From Bdellovibrionota bacterium (GTDB lineage: Bacteria > Bdellovibrionota > Bdellovibrionia > Bdellovibrionales > Bdellovibrionaceae): DNA of 35,127 bases. The position numbers and the translations under genes were made by a program. Every line of letters starts with the position of its first letter. Within the stretch, counting starts at the first letter, position 1. Of this stretch, positions 24,173 through 32,243 are shown piece by piece. The notes below the pieces were generated by a model that saw nothing but the letters and a program-made list of their open reading frames with translations, had not been told where the DNA came from and searched no databases. Location: contig JAZKJI010000179.1 in assembly GCA_040384405.1 (NCBI GenBank), forward strand, positions 9,317 through 44,443. The letters run 5' to 3'.

Positions 24173-26767
24173 TTATTGGCACGCTTCGCAAGCTTCAGGG
24201 TTTTCTAGCGAACAAGCGATAACTTCACTATCCGTGTAAGTCTTAGCCGTTGCAGTTACTTCCGTCATAGAAGTATCCGCAATTGTCGTCATTGATATAG
24301 CAGCGGCAGTAACCGTTGCCGCACTTTCAACTGCAACCGATGCCGACATTTGAAAATTTTGAGTATCACTGTCCGCCGTCGAAGCGCCCTTTGCATCAGA
24401 AGCCATATGACTAGTCATATTAATCGCTGATGCTGCCGGAGTTTTTCTAACGGAAGTTTTAGTAATAGAAGTAGCTGGGCGAGAGCGAAGATAATAAGTC
24501 GTCTTTACTCCGCGTTTCCAAGCATACATGTACATGCTTGAAAGTTTGCCGATCGTTGGACTTTCCGAGAAAAGATTCAAGCTCTGGCTTTGATCGATAT
24601 AAGCACCGCGGTCAGCGGCCATATCAACAAGGGCCTTCATCGGAATTTCCCACACGTTACGATAAACTTCTTTAACATCATCAGGAATTGCCGGGATGTC
24701 TTGGATAGATCCTTCGTAGTGTTTTACTTCACTGCGGATATCGTCGTTCCATAATCCACGGGATTTTAATTCTGTTACTAAATACTTATTAACTTGTAAG
24801 AACTCTCCGGAAAGAGTTTCGCGTTTAAATAAGTTACTTACCTGAGGCTCTGTGGCTTCGTAACATCCAACGATGGAAGCAATTGTTGCCGTCGGAGCAA
24901 TTGCAATCATCAGTGAATTTCGAAGACCGGTCTTTTTAATTTTTTCGCGAAGAGCATCCCACTTAGCTGTATCTGTAGGTTTAACTCCCCAAAGATCAAA
25001 CTGAAGATGGCCTTGGGCTGCGCGAGTTTCTGCATAAGCCTCGTGAGGTCCGGACTCTGCAGCTAAATCAGAAGAAGCAAGAAGAGCATTGTAGTAAATA
25101 ACTTCTTGGATTTTTGTAGAAATAGCGCGGGCTTTTTCGCTATCAAATGGAAGCTTTAATTGGAAAAACACGTCTTGAAGGCCCATGATTCCAAGTCCCA
25201 CCGGACGCCATTTTTTATTTGAAGAAGCAGCGCTATCAATTGGATAAAAATTGATATCAACAACACGGTCCAAATATTTCATTGCCGTGCGAACAGACCG
25301 AGCTAACTTATCAAAGTTAAACTCTCCGTTTTCAACGTGGCGGGAAAGATTCACGGAACCCAAATTACAAACCGCAGTTTCTTGATTAGAAGTAACTTCT
25401 AAAATTTCAGTACAAAGGTTTGATAAATGGATAACGTTTTCAGGCCGGCCCGTTTGGTTAGACTTCATGTTAGAAGCATCTTTAAATGTCATCCAACCGT
25501 TACCGGTCTGAGCCAAGGTTTTCATCATGCGAACATAAAGATCACGTGCCGGAAGTTGGCGGTGATAAAGTTTTTGTTCTTCAGCTTCGATGTAAGCTTT
25601 TTCAAATTCTTCACCATATGTATCGACGAAGTGAGGAACAACCCGTGGATCAAATAATGACCAAGGTTGATCTGCTTCTACACGTTTCATGAATAAGTCT
25701 GGAACCCAGTTAGCTAAATTTAAATTATGAGTCCGTCTTGCTTCGTCACCGCTGTTATCGCGAAGCTCTAGGAACTCTTCGATATCTGCGTGCCAAGTTT
25801 CAAGATAAACGCAGGCTGCACCTTTTCGTTTTCCACCCTGGTTAACGGCGGCAACAGAACTATCCAAAGTTTTTAACCAAGGAACGATTCCATTTGAGTG
25901 GCCATTAGTTCCTTTGATCAAAGATCCACGGGCACGAACGCGGCTGTAAGCCACACCGATACCGCCGGCAAATTTAGAAAGTAAAGCGATGTCAGTATAT
26001 TTTTGATAAATAGATCGAAGATCATCTTGAGGCGAATCCAAAAGATAACATGAACTCATCTGCGGACGGTGAGTCCCAGAGTTAAATAAAGTTGGAGTCG
26101 AAGGCATATAATCGTGGGAAGAAATTAACCGGTAAAATTCAACGGCCTCTTCAACAGTTTTAGACAAGCCACAAGCAACCCGCATGAAAAAGTACTGTGG
26201 AGTTTCAAAAACCTGGCGGCTTGAAGGGTTTTTCAAAAGATAACGGTCATATATAGTACGAAGTCCAAAGTACTCGAAACGATCAGTACGGTAAGGCTCG
26301 ATCGCAGCACATAAAGAAGCTTTATGAATTTCTACAAATTCAGCCATTGCCGGAGAAATCAATCCTGCTTTTAGTCCGAATTGAACGGAATCCGCAAAAG
26401 ATTGGATTTTTTGAGATCTAACTTCTTCATCGATGTAAGTAGAAAGAAGGCGGGAAGCGAGTCTTGAATACTCGGGTTCTTCACCAATCAGTAAAGAAGC
26501 AGTTTGAATACAAAGGTTATCTAGTTCTTTAGTGCTAGCGCCGTCATAAAGACCGCTGATTGCCTTTGTAGCGACACGAAGAGGATCAATCTGGGAAAGA
26601 CCCTGGCAAAGTCTTGTTACGCGCTCGACGATCTTTGTAACGTCTACGGGCTCTAGAGTTCCGTCCCGTTTTTTAACTCTCATCATCGGAGTATGGAAAT
26701 CGTTGGAATTCCGACGGTGAGAATCTAAGTGCGCCCCTGGATTAGCTGCGTTTGGTTCGTGTAACAT
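24173..26767 (-). CDS. nrdA: Class Ia ribonucleoside-diphosphate reductase alpha (R1) subunit with an ATP-cone and an extended low-complexity C-terminal tail
   Basis: ATP-cone MRVKKRDGTLEPVDVTKIVERV. Active-site SNLCTEILEV, plus PTATIASIVG and YYLRSRPA. C-terminal redox Cys cluster CSLENPEACEACQ. AGGGGA-type SD about 10 nt before ATG 26767. Confidence 0.95.
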   Translation of the reverse strand: MLHEPNAANPGAHLDSHRRNSNDFHTPMMRVKKRDGTLEPVDVTKIVERVTRLCQGLSQIDPLRVATKAISGLYDGASTKELDNLCIQTASLLIGEEPEYSRLASRLLSTYIDEEVRSQKIQSFADSVQFGLKAGLISPAMAEFVEIHKASLCAAIEPYRTDRFEYFGLRTIYDRYLLKNPSSRQVFETPQYFFMRVACGLSKTVEEAVEFYRLISSHDYMPSTPTLFNSGTHRPQMSSCYLLDSPQDDLRSIYQKYTDIALLSKFAGGIGVAYSRVRARGSLIKGTNGHSNGIVPWLKTLDSSVAAVNQGGKRKGAACVYLETWHADIEEFLELRDNSGDEARRTHNLNLANWVPDLFMKRVEADQPWSLFDPRVVPHFVDTYGEEFEKAYIEAEEQKLYHRQLPARDLYVRMMKTLAQTGNGWMTFKDASNMKSNQTGRPENVIHLSNLCTEILEVTSNQETAVCNLGSVNLSRHVENGEFNFDKLARSVRTAMKYLDRVVDINFYPIDSAASSNKKWRPVGLGIMGLQDVFFQLKLPFDSEKARAISTKIQEVIYYNALLASSDLAAESGPHEAYAETRAAQGHLQFDLWGVKPTDTAKWDALREKIKKTGLRNSLMIAIAPTATIASIVGCYEATEPQVSNLFKRETLSGEFLQVNKYLVTELKSRGLWNDDIRSEVKHYEGSIQDIPAIPDDVKEVYRNVWEIPMKALVDMAADRGAYIDQSQSLNLFSESPTIGKLSSMYMYAWKRGVKTTYYLRSRPATSITKTSVRKTPAASAINMTSHMASDAKGASTADSDTQNFQMSASVAVESAATVTAAAISMTTIADTSMTEVTATAKTYTDSEVIACSLENPEACEACQ

Positions 26768-27036
26768 ATAGTTGAGTTCCCCTCATTGGTTTGGTCCGAG
26801 ATACTTCCGAATTTTTACGCCTGAAACATCATTTTCAGACAAAAAAACCCCGCCGCTTTTCAAACCCCTCAGTTTAAAAAACAGGTTCTCTGTTTTATTT
26901 TCTTCCCCCGCCGAAAGTCGAGTTTAAAGTCTTCTTTCGTTAAGGGTCATTTTCATTTTTTTCTTGGAAAGGGCGATGCTTTTCCCGTTTCAGAAGTTTT
27001 TCCAGACTTTTCAAACATCTCTTTTCAGAGAGGTAA

Positions 27037-27052
27037 GTACTATATCTAGTGG
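27037..27052 (-). promoter_or_regulatory. NrdR-box-like operator 1 upstream of nrdAB. It contains a TATAGT -10-like hexamer on the nrdA strand.
   Basis: GTACTATATCTAGTGG compared with the consensus I recall, acaCwAtATaTwGtgt. The core C.ATAT.T.GTG is conserved and the site is imperfectly palindromic. Confidence 0.55.
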
Positions 27053-27068
27053 CACCTCTGCCGGAAGA

Positions 27069-27084
27069 TCGCCATATCAAGTGT
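27069..27084 (-). promoter_or_regulatory. NrdR-box-like operator 2, 32 bp from box 1
   Basis: TCGCCATATCAAGTGT matches the same consensus core. The 32-bp centre-to-centre spacing (about three helical turns) is the tandem arrangement I recall as typical of NrdR sites. Confidence 0.5.
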
Positions 27085-27318
27085 TTCTTCCTTACATCTA
27101 GCTTGAAACTTTTGATCCGTGACCGTCAAGAGTATTTAATAATTTTTTGTGGAAAGAAAACTAATGCTGCTAATCAATTTAGCAGGTCCAGGGTTTCGAT
27201 TGACAGATTTTAGGAGCTGAACTTTTTTGCATTTTCGCTGGAGACTTGCTCAAAAACTGACAGGATTTATTTAAAACCTTAATTTTTCAGAGGCTTACGA
27301 AGCTATTCTTAAAATCTC

Positions 27319-28332
27319 TTACACAGTTAATGAAGCAGGCATATGGCTCTGTAAAAACAAATGCTTTTTCAAAGCTTTTTCGCCGTCGGACTGCGTAACA
27401 TAAGCTTTGCTTTGATAACTTTCCCGTTCGTGCAGGAAATCGATGATGTGTTGGTGGGTTCCCATTTTGTTCGCCGTCCACATCGGGGCAACCAATTCAT
27501 CCCAACGAGGAGAATAGGCTGCTAACCGATGTAAATATATGCGCGGAGATAAGTTCTCTATGAAAATCTGCACTCTTTCAGAATAGGTTTGCAGATCAAT
27601 CGGCGCAAATTCGCCAATATTATAAAGTTCCTCAAGTTTAGTTTTTTTCAAAACATGAAGGTTATGAAGTTTGACGTTTGTTATTGGTAAATCATTACAG
27701 ATTAAAGCTTGCTCCTTTATCTGCGCTTCGGTTTCACCGGGACTTCCAATAATTAAGTGTATTCCTAAATCAACCGTACTTTCCTTGGCAATTCGGTGAA
27801 TGGCCTTTAAGGAATCTTCTCCGGTGTGTCCGCGTTTCATGAATTCCAAATGATTATTATTAAAGCTTTGAACACCTAATTCCACGGATACGAAAGTTTT
27901 CTGGCTATACTCATTCCACAAATCGATCACGCTTTTTGAAAGGCAATCAGGCCGGGTACCGATAACTATACCTCTAACAAATGGATATTTTAGAGCGCGA
28001 TCAAAGCTTTCGCGGAGATGCAGAATTTTAGTAAAGGAATTCGTATAGGCTTGAAAGTACACCAAAAAAGAATTGGCTTTATACCGCTTATTTAAAAGCT
28101 TGCTGTACTTTTCGATCTGGTCTTCTAAGGGCATCTGAAAAGACTCGCTGTGGGCCGCAGAACCCCATACATCGCAAAAAGAACACGTGGTCATACCCTT
28201 AAGACCCATGCGATTTGGACAATTATCAACCACCGTTACCGGGATTTTATAAATCTTCTCGCCGAAATGCTTTTCGTACTTCACAGAAATGGGATTAAAC
28301 GGTAATCCCTGCCACTTGCTAGCCATGGCCAA
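27319..28332 (-). CDS. Radical SAM protein, TIGR01212 (YhcC/YtqA, Elp3-like core) family
   Basis: IYKIPVTVVDNCPNRMGLKGMTTCSFCDVWG (family-typical C.NR.G.....C.FC cluster region), FQAYTNSF, SVELGVQSF, and IHLIIGSPGET. 337 aa. Confidence 0.8.
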   Translation of the reverse strand: MAMASKWQGLPFNPISVKYEKHFGEKIYKIPVTVVDNCPNRMGLKGMTTCSFCDVWGSAAHSESFQMPLEDQIEKYSKLLNKRYKANSFLVYFQAYTNSFTKILHLRESFDRALKYPFVRGIVIGTRPDCLSKSVIDLWNEYSQKTFVSVELGVQSFNNNHLEFMKRGHTGEDSLKAIHRIAKESTVDLGIHLIIGSPGETEAQIKEQALICNDLPITNVKLHNLHVLKKTKLEELYNIGEFAPIDLQTYSERVQIFIENLSPRIYLHRLAAYSPRWDELVAPMWTANKMGTHQHIIDFLHERESYQSKAYVTQSDGEKALKKHLFLQSHMPASLTV

Positions 28333-28360
28333 TTTCTAGGGGCAGGCAACAGGGGAGTCA

Positions 28361-29104
28361 ATGTCCATTTGGAGCAATAACGGATACACGGTAGAATACA
28401 CCCAAGATGGCAGTCCCACCCTTAAAGGTGTCACGGAAAATATGCATCATTCCGGCGGAGCCGCGTCCGAAACGAAATATATTTACGGAAAATCGTTAGA
28501 GTGGATTTATCAGGAAAACCTAAGCCCCCGGGTATTAATCATAGGGTTAGGGTTAGGTTACATTGAAATATTGACGGTTTACTTTCATATTTTGCAGCGA
28601 AGAAATGGGAATCCTGCGGACCTTGAAATGACAAGTTATGAATCCGACCCCTTTCTTGTCCGAAGCTTTTTAGAGTTTCTGTTGGGGGCCGCTACTGAAG
28701 AAAGTAACCAGGTCTATTCAGGCGTATTAAACGCTCTTGTTCCTCCAGAAGATCAACTAGCTGTAAGGGCGGAGTTATCTGAGTTGAGGAAGAAAGGGCG
28801 ATGGACTATTCAAGGCGCTTTAAAAAAGCCATTTTTAGATCTGAATTCTTATTCCTCGAAAAATAAATATAATGTCATTCAATACGATGCTTACAGCAGT
28901 AAAACGAGCGAAGAACTTTGGCAGGAAGAGTTCCTAATAAGTTTTATTGAGGCCCACGCGGAATCAAATTCAGTTTTCGCCACCTACGCATGCGTGGGAA
29001 GTTTAAAACGAGCACTCGCGAAATCTAATTTCTTAAATGAAACTAGAGCCGGGTTTCAAGGAAAACGGGACTCTACTTTTGCCTATAGAAAAACAAAATC
29101 TTGA
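28361..29104 (+). CDS. Stand-alone MnmC-methyltransferase-domain protein (DUF752/MnmD-like tRNA nm5s2U34 methyltransferase). No FAD oxidoreductase domain.
   Basis: N-terminus TQDGSPTLKGVTENMHHSGGAASETKYIY (compare TEDGS.TL....E.YHS..GA..ES). Also VLIIGLGLGY, and the C-terminus VIQYDAYSSKTSEELWQEEFL...VFATYACVGSLKRALAKSNF...GFQGKRDSTFA, which parallels E. coli MnmC WFLDGFAPAKNPDMWT...TFTSAGFVRRGL..AGF...GFGRKREM. GGGGAG RBS before the ATG. Confidence 0.75.
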   Translation: MSIWSNNGYTVEYTQDGSPTLKGVTENMHHSGGAASETKYIYGKSLEWIYQENLSPRVLIIGLGLGYIEILTVYFHILQRRNGNPADLEMTSYESDPFLVRSFLEFLLGAATEESNQVYSGVLNALVPPEDQLAVRAELSELRKKGRWTIQGALKKPFLDLNSYSSKNKYNVIQYDAYSSKTSEELWQEEFLISFIEAHAESNSVFATYACVGSLKRALAKSNFLNETRAGFQGKRDSTFAYRKTKS

Positions 29105-29134
29105 CGGCTCTGTAGTATTTCCAAAAGATAGACC

Positions 29135-29644
29135 ATGCATAATCAACAAAAGTTTTTCCGGGTTTTATTTATTGTTTTATGTGTTTTGTGGATAATTTAT
29201 GTTTTGTACGGTGGAATATCAGAATTCATGGATGCTCATCGGGCCATTTCCCTGAAGAAACCCTATCTATTAATGGAGGGTTTCTCTTTTTCTTTCATAA
29301 TGTGGGCATTATTCGTTTCAATTTTTGTTAGTTACAAAGCCAGCCAGCGCTTCTCTCTTAAAACAACAAATTTAATTATTGGAGTAATGGTTTTGCTGAG
29401 TGTGGGTTCCTACATTTTTATTCAAGATTCGCTGATAGAAAATTATATAGAGTTTACAGATCCAGGTGCTCAATATTCAGTTTGCTATAAGAATCGCAGA
29501 ACGGGTTATCGCGCGGTCGGAAATTACTATATTCTGGCTCGCAATAACAAAAGCTGCGATATGTTTTTCGCTTTGGATAAACGGCTTTCGCAGGCTGAAG
29601 CAAACTCCCTAGTGGATAGCCTTAATTCGCAAAATACGAACTAG
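29135..29644 (+). CDS. Hypothetical membrane protein (3 predicted TM helices plus a soluble C-terminal domain)
   Basis: FFRVLFIVLCVLWIIYVLYGGI, FSFSFIMWALFVSIFVSY, LIIGVMVLLSVGSYIFI. Family not recognised. Confidence 0.55.
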   Translation: MHNQQKFFRVLFIVLCVLWIIYVLYGGISEFMDAHRAISLKKPYLLMEGFSFSFIMWALFVSIFVSYKASQRFSLKTTNLIIGVMVLLSVGSYIFIQDSLIENYIEFTDPGAQYSVCYKNRRTGYRAVGNYYILARNNKSCDMFFALDKRLSQAEANSLVDSLNSQNTN

Positions 29645-29678
29645 CTGCAGAATTGCTAGGTTTTAAATAAACCACTTT

Positions 29679-29709
29679 TTCAAAAATCGTCGAGATTGTC
29701 CCCTATAAT
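29679..29709 (+). promoter_or_regulatory. Possible promoter for the plsC-hydrolase pair (perfect TATAAT -10, poor -35)
   Basis: TATAAT at 29704-29709, 50 nt upstream of ATG 29759. The best -35 candidate is TTCAAA at 29679-29684 with a long 19-nt spacer. Confidence 0.3.
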
Positions 29710-29758
29710 GCAGGGCGGATGTCTGGAGTTAACCTATTTCATCAAGTAACTATACAGT

Positions 29759-30493
29759 ATGAAAAAACGTATCTTAATGATGGGACTAATTTTAGCTTAC
29801 ATTATCAGTACGCCATTATTATCTTTCGGAGCTCGAGGCTCGGAAAGAGTTACTCGAAATGGAACTCGTTTCTGCCGGTGGGTTTTAAACGTATTAGGAA
29901 TAAAAGTTATCGTTCGCGGTTCGCCCAAAAGAGGAATGCTTGTCGCGAATCACCAATCTTACATTGATATTTTGTCCATACTTTCCCTTTTTCCCTGTCG
30001 CTTTGTCACCTTCACGGAGATGGCCCATACCATTGGTGTCGGTTTGATTACAAAATTATCTCAAACTCTCTTCGTGCATCGGAGCCGTCCAAGTCTTGTC
30101 AGAAAAGATATCGCCCATTTGGAGAGCGAATTAGTTAAAGGCATTCCTTTTGTCTTTTTTCCAGAGGGGGGCAGTTTCGACGGTAGTGCGCTCCAACCTT
30201 TTAAGTCTTCATTATTTGAATCAGCCATTAAAACTGAAACTCCCATTCAGCCGGTTTGCCTTCGCTATATTGAAATTAATGGAGAGCCGGTAACTTTAAA
30301 AAATCGTGATCAAATTTTTTATCACGGCGAGATGAATCTTGTGCGCCAGCTTATAGGAATACTCAACCTTCGGTCAGTCACGGTAGAAGCAGTTTTTAGT
30401 CCAATCATCGAAGTTTCTGGAAAATCCAGAAAAGAAGTTGCACAATTATCAAGAGAAGAAATTGCGCAAAACTTTGCAGCGGTGAGTATATGA
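29759..30493 (+). CDS. plsC: 1-acyl-sn-glycerol-3-phosphate acyltransferase family (LPLAT/PlsC-like)
   Basis: HX4D motif in VANHQSYIDIL, FPEGG motif in VFFPEGGSFDG, and an N-terminal membrane anchor. The symbol denotes family membership only. Confidence 0.8.
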   Translation: MKKRILMMGLILAYIISTPLLSFGARGSERVTRNGTRFCRWVLNVLGIKVIVRGSPKRGMLVANHQSYIDILSILSLFPCRFVTFTEMAHTIGVGLITKLSQTLFVHRSRPSLVRKDIAHLESELVKGIPFVFFPEGGSFDGSALQPFKSSLFESAIKTETPIQPVCLRYIEINGEPVTLKNRDQIFYHGEMNLVRQLIGILNLRSVTVEAVFSPIIEVSGKSRKEVAQLSREEIAQNFAAVSI

Positions 30494-31530
30494 TTTCATT
30501 GGTTCAAACGAAATTAAAAAAAGTTATTCTAAAAAAAGAACTTAAACTAGCCCAACAAGATGATTTGTATAAATGGTCCACCGTTCAAAAATGGCAAGCG
30601 GCAACTGACTTGCAATCCTTGGGGCAATGGTCGCAAAAACAAATGAAAAACTCAGAAGAATTTTTTTCGGCGCCCGCTGCCGTGGTTAATAATACAAATG
30701 GATTCATCGAATTCGATAGCCCGATACTGACGTCACACCCTGAAAATAATAGGGCGCGGGGACGATACTTTCAAAGTCCAAAAGCAAAAGCGGCAGTAAT
30801 CATTTTGGGCCATTGGAATGCCAGCGAACATACCTATAATCGGCTGGCAAAAATTTATAAATTGAGCGGTATTTCCGCGCTTCGCTTAAGTCTTCCATAC
30901 CATGATCAACGAAAACCAAAAGAAATGCCGATTGCCAGTGGACTTTTAAGTTCTGACCTCAGCCAAACGATTTTAGGGATTCGGCAAGCTACCGTTGATG
31001 TTAAAGTGGCCGTCGATTGGTTACATCAAAGAGGCTATGAAAAAATTGGGTTAATCGGAGCTAGTTTAGGATCTTCCATTGGATTACTTAGCGCCTGCCA
31101 TGATTCGCGAATCAATGCGATGGTACTTTATCTGTCAGCGGCGGATACGGCTGACCTTGTATGGAACAGTAGCGCGACTCAACATCTTCGACAAAGTTTT
31201 GAGCCCGATTTGACGCTAGAAAGTTTGCGGGATGTTTGGGGATGTATTTCACCTTCAAATTATTTGCATCATCTTGCGAGACCCAATTTTTCGATGCATA
31301 TCGGGTGGGCCCATTACGATACGGTTTGTCCGCCGGAGTTAACGCAAAAGATGATTTCAACCCTTCGCGACTTAAAAGTTCCCGTCAGCGAATCAAAGTA
31401 TCGCTGTGGGCATAATACTTTAGCTACTGCACCGTTTATGCAACTCTCCGGAGTAAAGGGATTAGCTTTTATGAGGAAAAACTTAAAAGTTCCCCGTCGG
31501 AATGCAAAACTCGCGGCGATTAACAATTAA
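30490..31530 (+). CDS. Alpha/beta-hydrolase fold protein (serine hydrolase)
   Basis: Nucleophile elbow IGLIGASLGSS (GxSxG), an HWNA-type oxyanion region (IILGHWNAS), and a C-terminal His in YRCGHNT. ATGA overlap with plsC. Confidence 0.7.
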   Translation: MISLVQTKLKKVILKKELKLAQQDDLYKWSTVQKWQAATDLQSLGQWSQKQMKNSEEFFSAPAAVVNNTNGFIEFDSPILTSHPENNRARGRYFQSPKAKAAVIILGHWNASEHTYNRLAKIYKLSGISALRLSLPYHDQRKPKEMPIASGLLSSDLSQTILGIRQATVDVKVAVDWLHQRGYEKIGLIGASLGSSIGLLSACHDSRINAMVLYLSAADTADLVWNSSATQHLRQSFEPDLTLESLRDVWGCISPSNYLHHLARPNFSMHIGWAHYDTVCPPELTQKMISTLRDLKVPVSESKYRCGHNTLATAPFMQLSGVKGLAFMRKNLKVPRRNAKLAAINN

Positions 31531-32195
31531 TCTTTAAATTTACTCACGTACTCAACGATTGTATTTAAAGCTTCGTGTTGTAGTTGATTAAACTTTACCC
31601 CGATATAGCCATCGCGCCCAACATACACAACATCGCCGCCAAAACTGACGTCAGAAAATAAGTTGGCACTTTTAAGTGTGCCTTTGATCTTGGTGCCCAC
31701 TTTAATCTGCGGACCATTGGAAAATCCCAATCCGCCTTCACTGATCGTAATAGTTTTGAGGTCCATTTCCGCGCCATCAATTTCAATTGTGGAAGTTCCT
31801 AAAATAGGTACTCGCCGGTGTGCGCGACGGGAAAGGCCTAATTTATCAGCAACGGTATCGACAGTGAATACTTCCCGCCAAGGTCCTTCGGAATAAGAAA
31901 CGTCAATGTTGTCAAAATCCTTCAGCTTGGAAAGCTCATCCACCATGTTGGTTAACGTAAAAACGCCGTGGGTCTGTCCTTGATAGCGGAATTTCCAAAA
32001 TGGCTCTTCATTTTCAGGAGCAGTAGGGTCGCCACTCTTTTTTACTCGCCACTCTTCAGGCTTCATCCATTCCGAAAAGCCCCGGCCCCAGATGAAAGCT
32101 TCACTTTGTGTCGAGAAAAGGTCTTCTGATTCTTTGTCATCAAAAGGCCCTGTCACTTGTCCGCTTATGTTGAAGAACCATTTTTTATTTGTCAT
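31527..32195 (-). CDS. GYF_2-domain / PilZ-domain protein (putative c-di-GMP receptor)
   Basis: N-terminal KWFFNISGQVTGPFDDKESEDLF....FIWGRGFSEWMKPEEW (GYF_2-like), plus a second degenerate copy (FWKFRYQGQTHGVFT...GPWREVF). C-terminal PilZ motifs RRAHRRVP (RxxxR) and TISEGGLGF ((D/N)xSxxG-like, with Thr in the first position). Confidence 0.7.
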   Translation of the reverse strand: MTNKKWFFNISGQVTGPFDDKESEDLFSTQSEAFIWGRGFSEWMKPEEWRVKKSGDPTAPENEEPFWKFRYQGQTHGVFTLTNMVDELSKLKDFDNIDVSYSEGPWREVFTVDTVADKLGLSRRAHRRVPILGTSTIEIDGAEMDLKTITISEGGLGFSNGPQIKVGTKIKGTLKSANLFSDVSFGGDVVYVGRDGYIGVKFNQLQHEALNTIVEYVSKFKD

Positions 32196-32243
32196 TTAGG
32201 TATGATTACACAAAACTAAGTGCGAACTGTCAAAAGGAGAGTC

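Noticed and set aside
26848-26913. G-run/C-run repeats (CCCCGCCG twice, plus the GAGGGG near the RBS) as a possible G-quadruplex, and a 21-codon uORF (MFEKSGKTSETGKASPFPRKK) in the nrdA leader
   Set aside because: The G-runs are separated by loops far too long for a canonical quadruplex. The uORF has no RBS and no distinctive content. Both are noted only as part of the leader finding.
27165-27190. CTGCTAA-tcaat-TTAGCAG hairpin as the terminator of the radical SAM gene
   Set aside because: The stem is only 7 bp and AT-rich, lies ~130 nt past the stop, and the T-rich tract is separated from it. It is plausible but not supportable from sequence alone.
29719-29967. 82-aa plus-strand ORF overlapping the plsC start in another frame
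   Set aside because: The overlapping frame from 29759 carries the HX4D/FPEGG acyltransferase motifs. The 82-aa translation is basic low-complexity sequence without features.
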